Numbered from the stretch's first letter, positions 8,608 through 20,288 are shown. The stretch: DNA of 64,000 nt from an uncultured Rhodoferax sp. (GCA_963513355.1 CAUPQG010000012.1:46624-110623); one strand, 5' to 3'. Numbers and translations: made by a program. The notes: a model not told the origin generated them from the sequence alone.

Positions 8608-9492
8608 TCAATCAGGCTTGGGTAGGTCTGGTGACGCTGGAGTAGTGGAGGCCGACGGTCCGGAGGACGCTGTGGAGCCCAGGCGCTCGGTCGTCCAGCG
8701 CAGCAGGTCCATCCACATCTGCCGCATTTCGGGGTCTTGCGGTGTGCGCGAGGCACTGGGCAGTTCGATGGTAACAACCGGAACCCCCTTGTGAATGCCG
8801 CCGTAGTTGCCCAGGGAACCGGGAAAGATGCCGACCTGATCCAGGTAGAGGCGCCCCAAGCGACTGGGCGGCACCGAGGGGCCGTCAAAGTCCAACACTC
8901 CGTAGGGTGCATGCACACTGACAATCAAGTTGGGCTTGAAGCTGTCCATTTGCTCCAGCAAGAAGCGCGACTCTGGCTCTGACAGGGGATGATTGCCGGG
9001 CCAGCGGCGCGGGTCACGGCGGGTGCGCTCCTCCCAGTAGTGGCGCGCGTCCCGCGCCCAGTTGGGTGTAGGGAAATTGCGGTTCAGGTCCACACCCCGG
9101 GCATTCACGCGCCGCGCGGGCTTAGCGAACATGCCATCCGGGTTGAGCGTTGGGATGAAACGCCAGGAGATGGGCACGGGTGTATCGGCCGGTGGCGTTT
9201 GCGCCATTGCAATCCAGTGGAAGACCAGTGAGCTGGACGACATCTCATCGCCGTGTATCCCGCCCAGCACCAATACGCGCAATGGAACCCCTTCGGCCGG
9301 TATGTCGCGGCTCCATATCGGGCGGCCCAGCACGGACCGCGCCTTGCTGTCCTGCAATTGTGCGGCTTCACAAAGAGCCGGTTTGACATTCGGAATTTTT
9401 GCTGAATAGTCCTTGCATGACCGCATGGGTATTGCGTGAGAAGCTACGCTATTGATAGCAAACAAGAAGAGGCACAGGATTCTGAAGCACAT
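8608..9492 (-). CDS. Secreted M14-family zinc carboxypeptidase / murein-peptide amidase-like protein
   Basis: N-terminal signal peptide, zinc motif GGIHGDE, VDLNRNFP, and a second His in VSVHAPYG. Confidence 0.75.
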   Translation of the reverse strand: MCFRILCLFLFAINSVASHAIPMRSCKDYSAKIPNVKPALCEAAQLQDSKARSVLGRPIWSRDIPAEGVPLRVLVLGGIHGDEMSSSSLVFHWIAMAQTPPADTPVPISWRFIPTLNPDGMFAKPARRVNARGVDLNRNFPTPNWARDARHYWEERTRRDPRRWPGNHPLSEPESRFLLEQMDSFKPNLIVSVHAPYGVLDFDGPSVPPSRLGRLYLDQVGIFPGSLGNYGGIHKGVPVVTIELPSASRTPQDPEMRQMWMDLLRWTTERLGSTASSGPSASTTPASPDLPKPD

Positions 9493-9576
9493 GCGCAGAT
9501 TGTAGGATGCAGCGGGGACCGCAGCTTCTTAGACCTAGCCGGGCCTAAGGTCATGAATTTCAGGTAAATTGGCCCC

Positions 9577-10095
9577 ATGCATCCGACAGTTTCCCCACCA
9601 GCGGCCCTCCCCCCAAATTTCTCCTCGCTCGAATTCCGTGACGCCCTGGGAATGTTCGCAACCGGGGTAACCATCGTAACGGCCCGCAATGCGCAAGGCG
9701 CTTTCATTGGACTGACGGCCAACTCGTTCAACTCGGTGTCGTTGACACCACCCTTGGTACTGTGGAGCCTGGCCCGGTCGGCTGGCTCCATGGCCGCTTT
9801 TAGCACGGGTTCGCACTACGCCATCAATATCCTCAGCGCAGACCAGCAAGACCTGGCCAAACAGTTTGCCAGCCGCGACAAAGACCGTTTTGCAGGTGTG
9901 CAATTCGAGCTCGGCTCAGGTGGTGCTCCTTTGCTACAAGGCGCTGCAGCAACCTTTGAATGCTTTAACCGCAGCCGCTACGAAGAAGGCGACCATGTGA
10001 TTTTTGTCGGCGAAGTGGAGCGCTGTGCACACCGCTCAGGCGCCTCTCCGCTACTGTTCCACGGTGGAAAGTTCTACGCTGAGCACCCGCTCTGA
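9577..10095 (+). CDS. Flavin reductase family protein (HpaC-like)
   Basis: The FRDALGMFATGVTIVT ... GLTANSFNSVSLTPPLVLWSL pattern is typical of the flavin reductase-like FMN-binding domain. Confidence 0.85.
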   Translation: MHPTVSPPAALPPNFSSLEFRDALGMFATGVTIVTARNAQGAFIGLTANSFNSVSLTPPLVLWSLARSAGSMAAFSTGSHYAINILSADQQDLAKQFASRDKDRFAGVQFELGSGGAPLLQGAAATFECFNRSRYEEGDHVIFVGEVERCAHRSGASPLLFHGGKFYAEHPL

Positions 10096-10112
10096 TCAAA
10101 CCGCACCTAGGA

Positions 10113-10170
10113 TTTGCTATATTTAGTATAGCTACTTAGCAAGCAATTACGGGGGCTAGAGGCTAAAAAC
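10113..10170 (+). repeat. Dispersed intergenic repeat, copy A (AT-rich hairpin plus TACGGGGGCTAGAGGC box)
   Basis: GCTATATTTAGTATAGC hairpin, then a spacer, then TACGGGGGCTAGAGGC. Related copies lie at 21277-21326 (-), 25872-25940, 55271-55333 and 56495-56552. Confidence 0.65.
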
Positions 10171-10186
10171 ACCTCTAAGCCATTGA

Positions 10187-12583
10187 CTAGAACGTGGAGT
10201 TGACGCTGTTGCGCATTGCCATTTGCGCGACAGCGTTGAGTGCACCATCCACCACTTGTGTGCCAGAGATCACCCGCAACTGACCTGCGGCCACCAGTTT
10301 GTCGCGCGAACGGCGTGTCATGGATTGCGCCTCGCCCACCGCACTGGTGAACAAAAACAGGCTTGCATGAGAGCTGATCCAGGTCAGTTGGGTTCGTACC
10401 CATTGCCCATTGACCAGCAACTCAACCCAGCATCCAATGGTCATGCCCGCGCCTGCGCCATCTTTGTCTGGCGTTGTGGCCACCGCAGCAGGCGTGGCAG
10501 AGGAACTCGGCCTTTCTGCGTGAGCGTCGGGCAGGTCCATGAAATTCGAGGCGCGCGCCTCTTCAGGCGCAACCCAGGGATTGCCGTCATCCACCAGTTG
10601 TATCCGCGCTGCAGTCGCTGCGCCAGCTTCTGGTGCCACCGGGGCTGGCTGCGCCACGGACTTGGGCTCGGCACGGAAGGCACGCTGGTGCAGCCCCATC
10701 AGGGCCTCAAAAAAAGCGCTGGTCTTGACGGACGGGTAATGAATCGTGTCCAGTCCCTCGCGCAAGGTGCCCAGCAACGGAGGCACCAGGCGGGTGAGTT
10801 TGGGGGTGTCCTTGCGGCCGAGGTCCGGATGGGTGCTCCACAACAAAGCCGATACCAAAGATTGGTACCGTTCTGCAGGACTTCCGGCGGTGGCGGGCCC
10901 GGCAAGCCGCGCCTGTGCCACCACCTGGGCCCAAGGGCCGCACAGAAATTCCAGCACAACCGGTGGAACCTGCTGCGCATCGCGAAGTGCAGCAATTTCC
11001 TGGGCAATTTTCTCGGCCAGCACGTTGCGCTCCTCTGCGTTTTGCAGGGCTTGTACGGCTTGGTCGAGGCTACGTTCGTTACGCTGCTTGGCCTCGTTCC
11101 ACTCCTCACGCAATACATACAGAACCTGCTCGAAAGGCTCGGCACTTTCTATGGGAGCTTGGTTGAGCATGGCAAAGGCTTGCTCAACTCCGGATACGAA
11201 TTCAGCAAAGCCCTTCGCCTGGGGCGAAGCAAAAGCCTGGCTGTAATCGGCAAGCTCCTGCACCAGAACACGGGCTGGATGCTGCTTGTTGGTAAACAAC
11301 CGGGGATCTACCAAGGCCAAACGCAGCAGCGGAGGCTCTAGCCTGCGTATGAGCTGCTGAACGGGAGCCAACAAGCGACCATCACGCGCGATGTTGTCCA
11401 CCATCAGCGTGATGACCTCGAGGCTCAGGGACTGCCCCACACTGCGCGAATGGCTGCGCAACTGGGCACGAACCGCCTCCACAGACGTGTCGCCCGCCTG
11501 TGCGGGGCCTGCGGCAGCACCGCGGCGCTGTTGCAGACGTTGCACGACCTCATCCACCTGCTGCATTTCCTTAAGCGCCTCCAGCGCCGCAGGAACCGTG
11601 GCATCGAAGTCGGAAGCAGGTGCCGGGCTGAGGGCAACGTCACTTTCAAACTCGCGAGAAAACCGTTGGGCGAACTGCTCCATGGGGGACAACGGCACCT
11701 GTGGCGCTTCCAGCTCGCCCGACAACAAACGCCGCAACTTCTCCAGCGTCAGCAAAGTTGCGTCCTTGGGCGCTGCAGGTGGCGCGGACGCTACCGGCGG
11801 CGCATGGCCCGCTGCCACCGGCATACCAGCGGGTGTTTGCAGGCTGGGCGCCAAATAGGCATCCTGTGCGACCCCGCGCCCTACTCCGTATCCACCAGCT
11901 CCTGCGGCGCTTGCCGTCTGAACCACCATGTAACCGGCGGCTACAACGCCCTGGTTCTGCAATGATGTACACAACTGGGTGTACATGGCACGCAGCTCCT
12001 GGCCCAAGGTTGTGCTCATGGCACTGAGCCAGTCCAGCTGCATGGCAGGTGGCAAACCGGTTTGTTCCACCACAGCCTTGAGGGCACTGATATAGACCTG
12101 GGGCCGCAAAGGGTTGCGGTCTGCATTGACGACCCCCAGACCCAATGTGCTGCAGATCAGTGTGTTCAGTTCGGCCAGACTGGCCTCTGCCGCCAGCATG
12201 GCAACCTGCTGGGTACGGGCCAGGGTGACACTGGTCAACACCTGAACTTCGTCCATCAACTCCAGTTCGTCAAAGCCCACATCGGTGATGGCCAAGGGAC
12301 TTCCGGCTTTGCGTGTGGTTTCTGGTTTGGTAAAGGCTTCCAACAGCGCGTGCGGGTACCGCTCGCACAGCTTGGCCTCCCAGGCCCGCAGCTGCTTGCC
12401 TGATTGGGCCAGCGCATCACGCTCACGCAAGTCTCTGCAAGCCGCTTCACGCGCCTGCAAGGTCTGGCGGGCCGCTGCCACCAGCTTGCCCATCAGCATG
12501 TGCCCGCCGGCAGCGGCCTCTTGCACCGTCGCACGGTACAGCGCCTGGTATTGCGGTGAGGCGGAGGAGGCAGCTGTCGGCAT
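10187..12583 (-). CDS. Large conserved hypothetical protein, DUF1631-like (paralog A)
   Basis: 798 aa. It shares blocks with the 761-aa ORF at 14463-16748: LLTLEKLRRLLSGELE, LCGPWAQVVAQARL, and the C-terminal GQWVRTQLTWISSH...SMTRRSRDKL...VVDGALNAVAQMAMRN. The family assignment is from memory. Confidence 0.7.
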   Translation of the reverse strand: MPTAASSASPQYQALYRATVQEAAAGGHMLMGKLVAAARQTLQAREAACRDLRERDALAQSGKQLRAWEAKLCERYPHALLEAFTKPETTRKAGSPLAITDVGFDELELMDEVQVLTSVTLARTQQVAMLAAEASLAELNTLICSTLGLGVVNADRNPLRPQVYISALKAVVEQTGLPPAMQLDWLSAMSTTLGQELRAMYTQLCTSLQNQGVVAAGYMVVQTASAAGAGGYGVGRGVAQDAYLAPSLQTPAGMPVAAGHAPPVASAPPAAPKDATLLTLEKLRRLLSGELEAPQVPLSPMEQFAQRFSREFESDVALSPAPASDFDATVPAALEALKEMQQVDEVVQRLQQRRGAAAGPAQAGDTSVEAVRAQLRSHSRSVGQSLSLEVITLMVDNIARDGRLLAPVQQLIRRLEPPLLRLALVDPRLFTNKQHPARVLVQELADYSQAFASPQAKGFAEFVSGVEQAFAMLNQAPIESAEPFEQVLYVLREEWNEAKQRNERSLDQAVQALQNAEERNVLAEKIAQEIAALRDAQQVPPVVLEFLCGPWAQVVAQARLAGPATAGSPAERYQSLVSALLWSTHPDLGRKDTPKLTRLVPPLLGTLREGLDTIHYPSVKTSAFFEALMGLHQRAFRAEPKSVAQPAPVAPEAGAATAARIQLVDDGNPWVAPEEARASNFMDLPDAHAERPSSSATPAAVATTPDKDGAGAGMTIGCWVELLVNGQWVRTQLTWISSHASLFLFTSAVGEAQSMTRRSRDKLVAAGQLRVISGTQVVDGALNAVAQMAMRNSVNSTF

Positions 12584-12601
12584 ATGCGCTGTTTGTCGGT
12601 G

Positions 12602-14263
<1,662 letters not shown>

Positions 14264-14462
14264 GGGTTTACAGGTAATAAATGTAGAAAAACTGGATGTG
14301 AAACTGCCGCTCTGGCACGCTGGCGCAGCGATTGGGCTGCGATGCGTGTGCCGCTGCGAATCGGATTCAGCACTGGAATAAGCCGTATTATCGACTGAGC
14401 CGCACGCTCATTGCCAACAAGGTCTTAATTCGCGCGGCCGGATGGGCTCGCAAGCCTCCGGC

Positions 14463-16748
14463 TTACTGCGCTGTACCGCCCGCTTTTTCCACGTCGTTAC
14501 GCAGCGCGGCCTGCGCCACCGCATCCAGAGCGTGGTCCACAACCCGTCCATCGGATACAAGCCGAATCAAGCCCAGCCCCCGCAAACGGTCCATGGTGCG
14601 CCGGGACATGGAATGCGCCATTCCGCCCGAGGAAATGAACATGAACAGGGTCTTGTGCGGGCTGGCCCAGGTGAGCTGGGCACGCACCCACTGACCACCC
14701 AGCGCCAGATCCACCCAGGAACCGGTAATGAGGTTTTGCGCACTCCAGGCCATCTGGGCCGCCGGATCGGGGACTTCGTCCTCTTCGACCTCCGGTATGC
14801 GCTCGCCTCCACCCTGCAGGAAGCCGGAGTCACTGGCCTCGTTATCGGCCATCCAGAACTCCTCCACCGGCAAGCCCACGCTGTCCACGGTAGCAATATC
14901 GGCGGCGGTAGCGCGCTCGGTTGTTTCCCCTGCGGCCGCTGGGCGCGCGCCTTCGAAGGCCTGTTCATGGAATGTGATCAGCTCATCAAAGAAGACCGGT
15001 ATCCGTTCTTCCGGGTAAGAGATCAGCCCCAAGCCCTGGCGCATTTTGACCAACATGCCAGGGACCATGTCCACCAATCGGGATCGGTTGCGGCGGGCCA
15101 GTTTGAGCTGCACGCTCCAGATCAGGTCGTCGACCAGCCCCAGATAACCATCGGTATCGGCCGTGCCGTCTGCACATTTCAATTGCGACTCGGCCACGAC
15201 CTGCGCCCAGGGTCCGCGCAGGAAAGCAGCCACGATGTCCGGCACCTTCTTGTTCTTGAGTCGCTCGGCAAAGTCTTCCGCCAGGCGCAGGGCCAGCAGG
15301 TTGCGCTGCTCGGCATGCAAGAGGCCGCGCGCGGCCTCTTCGGCCCGCTGGCGTTGCTCCTGCTCTTCTTTGGCCCAAACGGCTTCGAGCTTTCTGAGAA
15401 CATGGGCGAAAGTAGCCGCGTCACCAGGGCCGTTGACCAATATGTTCACCGACTTTTCCAGCGTCTTCTGGAAGTGCGCATAGCCAGGCTGGTCCTCGGA
15501 GGTGAAGGCCAGACTGCGGCTGGTCATCTTGTCCATAAACTGGCGCGCCGGGTGCTGGCGTTCACTAAAGAAACGTGCATCGGACTGGGACAAGGTAATC
15601 AGCACGGGCTCCATCAGCTTAAGGCTTTTGCGTACGCCACCGAGCATGCGGTGGTCCTGCGAAAGGTTCTCCAGCATCATGCGAACCACTTCCTCACCCA
15701 ATTCCCGGCCCAGCTTTTTACGCTTGGACTTGTCCTTGGGTTCCGATCGCTCGTCTTCAAGCATGTCTTTGGGAGAAGCCTTGGGCGTGCCCGCAGCCGC
15801 CTGACTGGCCCGCTCGGCCAGCCGCTTCATCATGGGCTCCATGAGCTTCATGTCTTCCAGTGCCACAAATGAGGCCGGTACGGTGTGGGTGAAGTCTTTG
15901 ATATTGCCGTTCAATGGCCCCATGTCCAACTCGCCGGACAACAGCCTGCGCAGCTTGTCCAGTGTTAGCAGGGTCCGGGTGACCGAACTTTCACCCGTTT
16001 TTTGCGAACCATGGGCCGCACCCTGGTGCTGCACCGGGCCAACAGGTTCTACCCCCTGAGAGCGCAACCATTCGGACACTTCCTTGTACAGCTGCCGCAT
16101 GGCAATGCCCAGCATACCGGCAGCCGGCGTCATCAGGCTGGTGCGTGCCTCGTCACTGGGAACATGCTCCTGCAAGGTTTCCCGAAGGGCATACACAAAG
16201 GACTCGGGCTTGAGCGGATTGAGATGGGGCTGTACCGTCATCCAGCCCAACAGGCTGCTCATCAGTGCGTTCAGGGTTGGCAGCGCATCGTCAACAGCCA
16301 GCGAAATTTCTTGCTGGGTGAGTGCAAATTCAATGTTGGCATCGATTTGCTCTTCCTCCAGGAACTGGAAGTCGTCAAACCGCAGGGGCTGCCCCTGGGA
16401 ACGCTGTGTGTCGCCACCATACAAGGCGATTCGCAATTTCTCGGAAAAAGTGGCTCTGACGGCATCGGCATTGGCGCATAGCCGCTCAATCGTCGGTTTG
16501 GCCGAAGGATTAACCGCTTGTACGGATTTGCTGCGGGTTTGCGTCAGGGATGCCTTTAGCCCGGACAACACATCGTCCACCAGCGTATCACTTTGCTCCA
16601 ACACGGCCTCGATGCAATCCTGCAGGGATGGCTTGAAACTGCCGGGTTCGTGGGCAACACCCAGCCTTCGCAACAAGAACTTTTTCATTGTGTGCAGATT
16701 CTCCCAGTTGCAAAGCGCAATGACCAGCCTTTTAGGGGGCATTGTCAC
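14463..16748 (-). CDS. Large conserved hypothetical protein, DUF1631-like (paralog B)
   Basis: 761 aa, a paralog of 10187-12583: LLTLDKLRRLLSGELD, FLRGPWAQVVAESQL, GQWVRAQLTWASPH...SMSRRTMDRL...VVDHALDAVAQAALRN. The start may be the ATG at 16688 (MKKFLL...). Confidence 0.7.
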   Translation of the reverse strand: MTMPPKRLVIALCNWENLHTMKKFLLRRLGVAHEPGSFKPSLQDCIEAVLEQSDTLVDDVLSGLKASLTQTRSKSVQAVNPSAKPTIERLCANADAVRATFSEKLRIALYGGDTQRSQGQPLRFDDFQFLEEEQIDANIEFALTQQEISLAVDDALPTLNALMSSLLGWMTVQPHLNPLKPESFVYALRETLQEHVPSDEARTSLMTPAAGMLGIAMRQLYKEVSEWLRSQGVEPVGPVQHQGAAHGSQKTGESSVTRTLLTLDKLRRLLSGELDMGPLNGNIKDFTHTVPASFVALEDMKLMEPMMKRLAERASQAAAGTPKASPKDMLEDERSEPKDKSKRKKLGRELGEEVVRMMLENLSQDHRMLGGVRKSLKLMEPVLITLSQSDARFFSERQHPARQFMDKMTSRSLAFTSEDQPGYAHFQKTLEKSVNILVNGPGDAATFAHVLRKLEAVWAKEEQEQRQRAEEAARGLLHAEQRNLLALRLAEDFAERLKNKKVPDIVAAFLRGPWAQVVAESQLKCADGTADTDGYLGLVDDLIWSVQLKLARRNRSRLVDMVPGMLVKMRQGLGLISYPEERIPVFFDELITFHEQAFEGARPAAAGETTERATAADIATVDSVGLPVEEFWMADNEASDSGFLQGGGERIPEVEEDEVPDPAAQMAWSAQNLITGSWVDLALGGQWVRAQLTWASPHKTLFMFISSGGMAHSMSRRTMDRLRGLGLIRLVSDGRVVDHALDAVAQAALRNDVEKAGGTAQ

Positions 16749-16983
16749 GCTTAACTAACACCCCCGAAACACCTTGTTGCAGGTTTTTGGATGTGATTGC
16801 GGCCAACGTGCGACAATACGGGCAGTTGCGGTGCTTCAGTTGCCCACAACATCAGCACATTGCTGGGGATACAGGATTTGCATCCAACGTCCCGCCTTTG
16901 AATCTATCTGCCTTTGACTGATCTGGTGCCCAGGTACCAGAACAGGCCGATATCCCAAGCGCCCTGGATGGGCGCCACAACTC

Positions 16984-18750
16984 ATGAACTTTGAAGAATT
17001 GAACTTGGCTGCGGCCATCGTTAAAGCCGTGCGCGAGCAAGGTTACGAAACGCCCACTGCCATTCAGGCCCAAGCCATTCCCCTGATCCTGGAGGGACGC
17101 GACTTGCTGGGGGGAGCCCAGACCGGCACCGGCAAAACTGCCGCTTTCACCCTACCCCTGCTGCACCGCCTCACCATGAGCCGCAGCGCCCAGAACAAAT
17201 TTGGCGGCACCGGCATCCGCGCCCTGGTACTGACCCCCACCCGCGAACTGGCTGCCCAGGTCGAAGAGTCCATCCGCACTTACGGCAAGTACCTGCAACT
17301 CAGCTCCACCGTGATTTTTGGCGGTGTGGGCATGAACCCCCAGATCTCCAAACTCAAAAAAGGCGTTGACATCCTGGTGGCAACACCCGGCCGTCTGCTG
17401 GACCTGATGCAGCAAGGCATGCTGGACCTGGGCCAGGTGCAGATGCTGGTGCTGGACGAAGCTGACCGCATGCTGGACATGGGCTTTATCCATGACGTCA
17501 AGAAGGTGCTAGCCGCTGTGCCCAAGGAAAAGCAGAGCCTGCTGTTCTCGGCCACCTTCAGTGACGAGATCCGCGAACTGGCGGCCGGCCTGCTCAAGGA
17601 CCCACAAAGCGTGCAGGTTACTCCCCGCAACACCACCGTGCAGCGCATCACCCAGGTGATCCACCCGGTTGGCCGCGGCAAGAAAAAGGCCTTGCTGGCC
17701 CACATCATCAACGAACACAAGTGGAGCCAGGTGCTGGTATTCACCCGCACCAAGTTTGGCGCCAACAACGTGGCCGAGTTCCTGGAGAAGAACGGCATTA
17801 CCGCCATGGCCCTGCACGGCAACAAGAGCCAGGCAGCCCGCACCCAGGCGCTGGCTGGCTTCAAGAGTGGCGATGTGCGCGCACTGGTCGCCACCGACAT
17901 TGCCGCACGCGGCATTGACATCGATGACCTGCCACACGTGGTCAACTACGAGATTCCCAACGTCAGCGAAGACTATGTGCACCGTATCGGCCGCACAGGG
18001 CGTGCAGGCAACGACGGTGCTGCCGTCAATCTGGTCTGCCTGGACGAAGAAGGCTTCATGCAAGACATCGAGCGTTTCACCAAGCAAACCATTCCCGTGC
18101 AAGTCATCGACGGCTTTGGCCCAGAGCCAGGCGAAAAGGGTGAGCCCATCGCCATGGGTCGCCAGACCATCTGGGGTGGCGCGGGCAAACCGCCAAGCCG
18201 CGATGTGATGCAGGCTGCAGCAAAGGCTGCACGCACTGAAATGTTGCAGCGCGTACGTGAGAGCAAGGCCAGCCAGGGTGACCGCGGTGGCAATGGCGGC
18301 GGTGGCCGTGGCAACGGCGGCGGCGGTGGACGCCCCGCACAGGGCCCCCGTGGTAACGGTGGCGGCGGTGGTGGACAGGGCGGCGGCGGCCGTGGCGGTG
18401 AACACGCGCCCCGCCCACAAGGCGCACGTGGTCCCCAAGGCCATGGCGGTGGTGGTCAGGGTCGAGGCCGCCCTCCCATGGGTGATGCACAACCCCGTAG
18501 CCACGAAGGCGGATTTGGCAGCGGCATGGGCGAGCGCCCTCCCCGCACGGCAGCCGGTGGCCAGCCCGACCCCATGCGCACCAGTGTCGATATGATGGCT
18601 GAGCGCGGCGGTCGCCGCGGTGGTGGCGGTTATGGCGGTGGAAACCGCAACGGAGGCGGCAATGGCGGTGGATCACGGTCGGGTGGTTTTGGTGGCGGGG
18701 GCAACGGGCCTCGTGGGTCGGGAAATCCTCGCGGACCTTTTAGCCGATAA
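16984..18750 (+). CDS. rhlE: ATP-dependent DEAD-box RNA helicase with a long Gly/Arg-rich C-terminal tail
   Basis: Q-motif, [18 protein letters not shown] (LVLDEADRM), SAT and [11 protein letters not shown] tail of about 160 aa follows, made of GGNGGGGRG / RGG-type repeats. Confidence 0.9.
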   Translation: MNFEELNLAAAIVKAVREQGYETPTAIQAQAIPLILEGRDLLGGAQTGTGKTAAFTLPLLHRLTMSRSAQNKFGGTGIRALVLTPTRELAAQVEESIRTYGKYLQLSSTVIFGGVGMNPQISKLKKGVDILVATPGRLLDLMQQGMLDLGQVQMLVLDEADRMLDMGFIHDVKKVLAAVPKEKQSLLFSATFSDEIRELAAGLLKDPQSVQVTPRNTTVQRITQVIHPVGRGKKKALLAHIINEHKWSQVLVFTRTKFGANNVAEFLEKNGITAMALHGNKSQAARTQALAGFKSGDVRALVATDIAARGIDIDDLPHVVNYEIPNVSEDYVHRIGRTGRAGNDGAAVNLVCLDEEGFMQDIERFTKQTIPVQVIDGFGPEPGEKGEPIAMGRQTIWGGAGKPPSRDVMQAAAKAARTEMLQRVRESKASQGDRGGNGGGGRGNGGGGGRPAQGPRGNGGGGGGQGGGGRGGEHAPRPQGARGPQGHGGGGQGRGRPPMGDAQPRSHEGGFGSGMGERPPRTAAGGQPDPMRTSVDMMAERGGRRGGGGYGGGNRNGGGNGGGSRSGGFGGGGNGPRGSGNPRGPFSR

Positions 18751-19321
18751 AACGGTTACGGCGGTTCACAGTGTGGGCCGCCGACCTCTGGAGATCAAAC
18801 ATGCCAAGTTGACCACCCATGTGGTCGACTTTGCAGCCCTGCCTGCCCTGCCCAAGGTCGATGAGTGTTTCATCGCACTGGGTACCACCATCAAGGTGGC
18901 CGGCAGCCAGGAAGCCTTCCGCGCCTTGGACCTTAAAGCTGTTGAGGCTGTAGCCCTCGCCGCCAAAAGGTCTGGCGCTACAAAATTGGGAGTAGTCAGC
19001 GCCATGGGCGCCGACACGGCTTCCCGTGTTTTCTATAACCGTGTCAAAGGTGAGATGGAACTGTCATTGGCGCGCATGGGCTTCAAGAGTTTGGTCATTG
19101 CGCGCCCGTCCCTCATTGACGGTGACCGTGCAGCCCTGGGCCAAGCCGGTCGCATGGGCGAAGGCCTGGGCCTGAAGCTGGCGCGTGGATTGAGCTCTTT
19201 TTTGCCCGCCAACTACAAGGCCATCAAGGCCAGCGACATCGCGCACGCCTTGGTCCGCCATGTCACAGCGGGTGTGCCCGGTGTGGTGACGCTAATGTCT
19301 GGCGAAATGCAAGGCGGCTGA
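18662..19321 (+). CDS. NAD(P)H-binding oxidoreductase (YraR-like atypical SDR)
   Basis: Rossmann motif [11 protein letters not shown] at the N-terminus, then FIALGTT, VVSAMGA and [10 protein letters not shown] as in E. coli YraR. The start is uncertain (ATG 18620, ATG 18662 or GTG 18683), and every option overlaps the rhlE 3' end in another frame. Confidence 0.7.
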   Translation: MAVDHGRVVLVAGATGLVGREILADLLADKTVTAVHSVGRRPLEIKHAKLTTHVVDFAALPALPKVDECFIALGTTIKVAGSQEAFRALDLKAVEAVALAAKRSGATKLGVVSAMGADTASRVFYNRVKGEMELSLARMGFKSLVIARPSLIDGDRAALGQAGRMGEGLGLKLARGLSSFLPANYKAIKASDIAHALVRHVTAGVPGVVTLMSGEMQGG

Positions 19322-19328
19322 CCGCAGG

Positions 19329-19712
19329 TTAGCCCCGCACAAACAAAGTGATCAGTGGGTGGTCGCCAACCTGGCGGCTCCAGTGCCCATGTACTGTCGG
19401 ATCAAACGTGGCGCCCGCGGGCAGCACATCCGCCGAATAGAAATGCTCCCCCGGCTTGAAGATACGTGACACACCACCCTGCAAGCCAATCTCCATCTGC
19501 CCGCCCAGGATGAAACACCATTGAGGCGCACCGGTGCAATGGAACTGGCTGCGAAAACCAACCGGGCTGGTGCGCAGTTGGTAGCCACCGGACGCAAATA
19601 CCTCAGACAACATGGACTGTGGCGTACCTTGGTCCAGTGGCACGGCCTCCTCGCGAAACCGGGCGCGCCCGTCGGAGTCTGTAAACAAAACGGTTTTGGT
19701 AAATGTGGTCAT
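19329..19712 (-). CDS. Cupin-domain protein
   Basis: Small beta-barrel-type sequence (FHCTGAPQWCFILGGQMEIGL...GEHFYSADV). The start was chosen at the ATG at 19712. A TTG at 19754 is also possible. Confidence 0.55.
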   Translation of the reverse strand: MTTFTKTVLFTDSDGRARFREEAVPLDQGTPQSMLSEVFASGGYQLRTSPVGFRSQFHCTGAPQWCFILGGQMEIGLQGGVSRIFKPGEHFYSADVLPAGATFDPTVHGHWSRQVGDHPLITLFVRG

Positions 19713-19750
19713 GGGTCGGTAGCTTACTACCGGGTCGAGCGTGTCTCGTA

Positions 19751-20236
19751 TCAATCCTCACTGTCTCCATCTGCGAGGGGGGACAAGCGTTCAAGGGATT
19801 CGTCAATCAACGCATGCAGCGCCACCACACGCTGCGGCCCCAGAATTGCGTTGAGTCCCTCCTGCGCCACACGCCATTTGCGTTGCGCCTCTGTGCGTTT
19901 TTTATGCCCCTCGTCGGTAGCGGTAATGAGGCGGCTGCGCGCATCGGCGCCGGGCAATATCACCAGCAGGCCCATGGCTACCAGCGGCTGCAGATTGCGC
20001 GACAGGGTCGATGTGGTCACCCGCATGGCTCCGGCCAGGTCTACTGCCCGTATAGGCCCCAGCTTGACCACGTAGGACAGCAGCGAATACTGCGTGCCCT
20101 TGAGCCCGGTCTTGCCCATCTGGGCGTCGTAGTGTTGTGCCACACGGCGCATCAGCTGGCGCAGCTTCAGGTTGGTGCAACCCTGCGGCTTTTCCGCCGC
20201 CACGTTTTCGGCTCCTGGCTTGACATCGGTTTTCAT
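19751..20236 (-). CDS. MarR-family transcriptional regulator
   Basis: Winged-HTH region GLKGTQYSLLSYVVKLGPIRAVDLAGAMRVTTSTLSRNLQPLVAMGLL...ARSRLITATDEG. The start was set at the ATG at 20236 (MKTDVKPG). Confidence 0.8.
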   Translation of the reverse strand: MKTDVKPGAENVAAEKPQGCTNLKLRQLMRRVAQHYDAQMGKTGLKGTQYSLLSYVVKLGPIRAVDLAGAMRVTTSTLSRNLQPLVAMGLLVILPGADARSRLITATDEGHKKRTEAQRKWRVAQEGLNAILGPQRVVALHALIDESLERLSPLADGDSED

Positions 20237-20258
20237 ATCAATTATTGTATCTACAATT

Positions 20259-20272
20259 GTTGCATATGCAAC
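20259..20272. promoter_or_regulatory. Perfect 14-bp palindrome in the marR / thioesterase divergent intergenic region (candidate MarR operator)
   Basis: GTTGCATATGCAAC is its own reverse complement. It is preceded by the 8-bp palindrome ACAATTGT and sits between start codons at 20236 (-) and 20289 (+). Confidence 0.5.
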
Positions 20273-20288
20273 TGTTTTAAAGGAACTG

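Noticed and set aside
18290-18720. The highly repetitive GGC/GGT-rich DNA in rhlE, considered as a tandem repeat, a CRISPR-like array or an assembly artefact.
   Set aside because: There is no repeat-spacer periodicity. The region is in frame with the helicase and translates to a coherent Gly/Arg/Asn low-complexity tail. It is treated as coding, and the overlap issue is reported separately.
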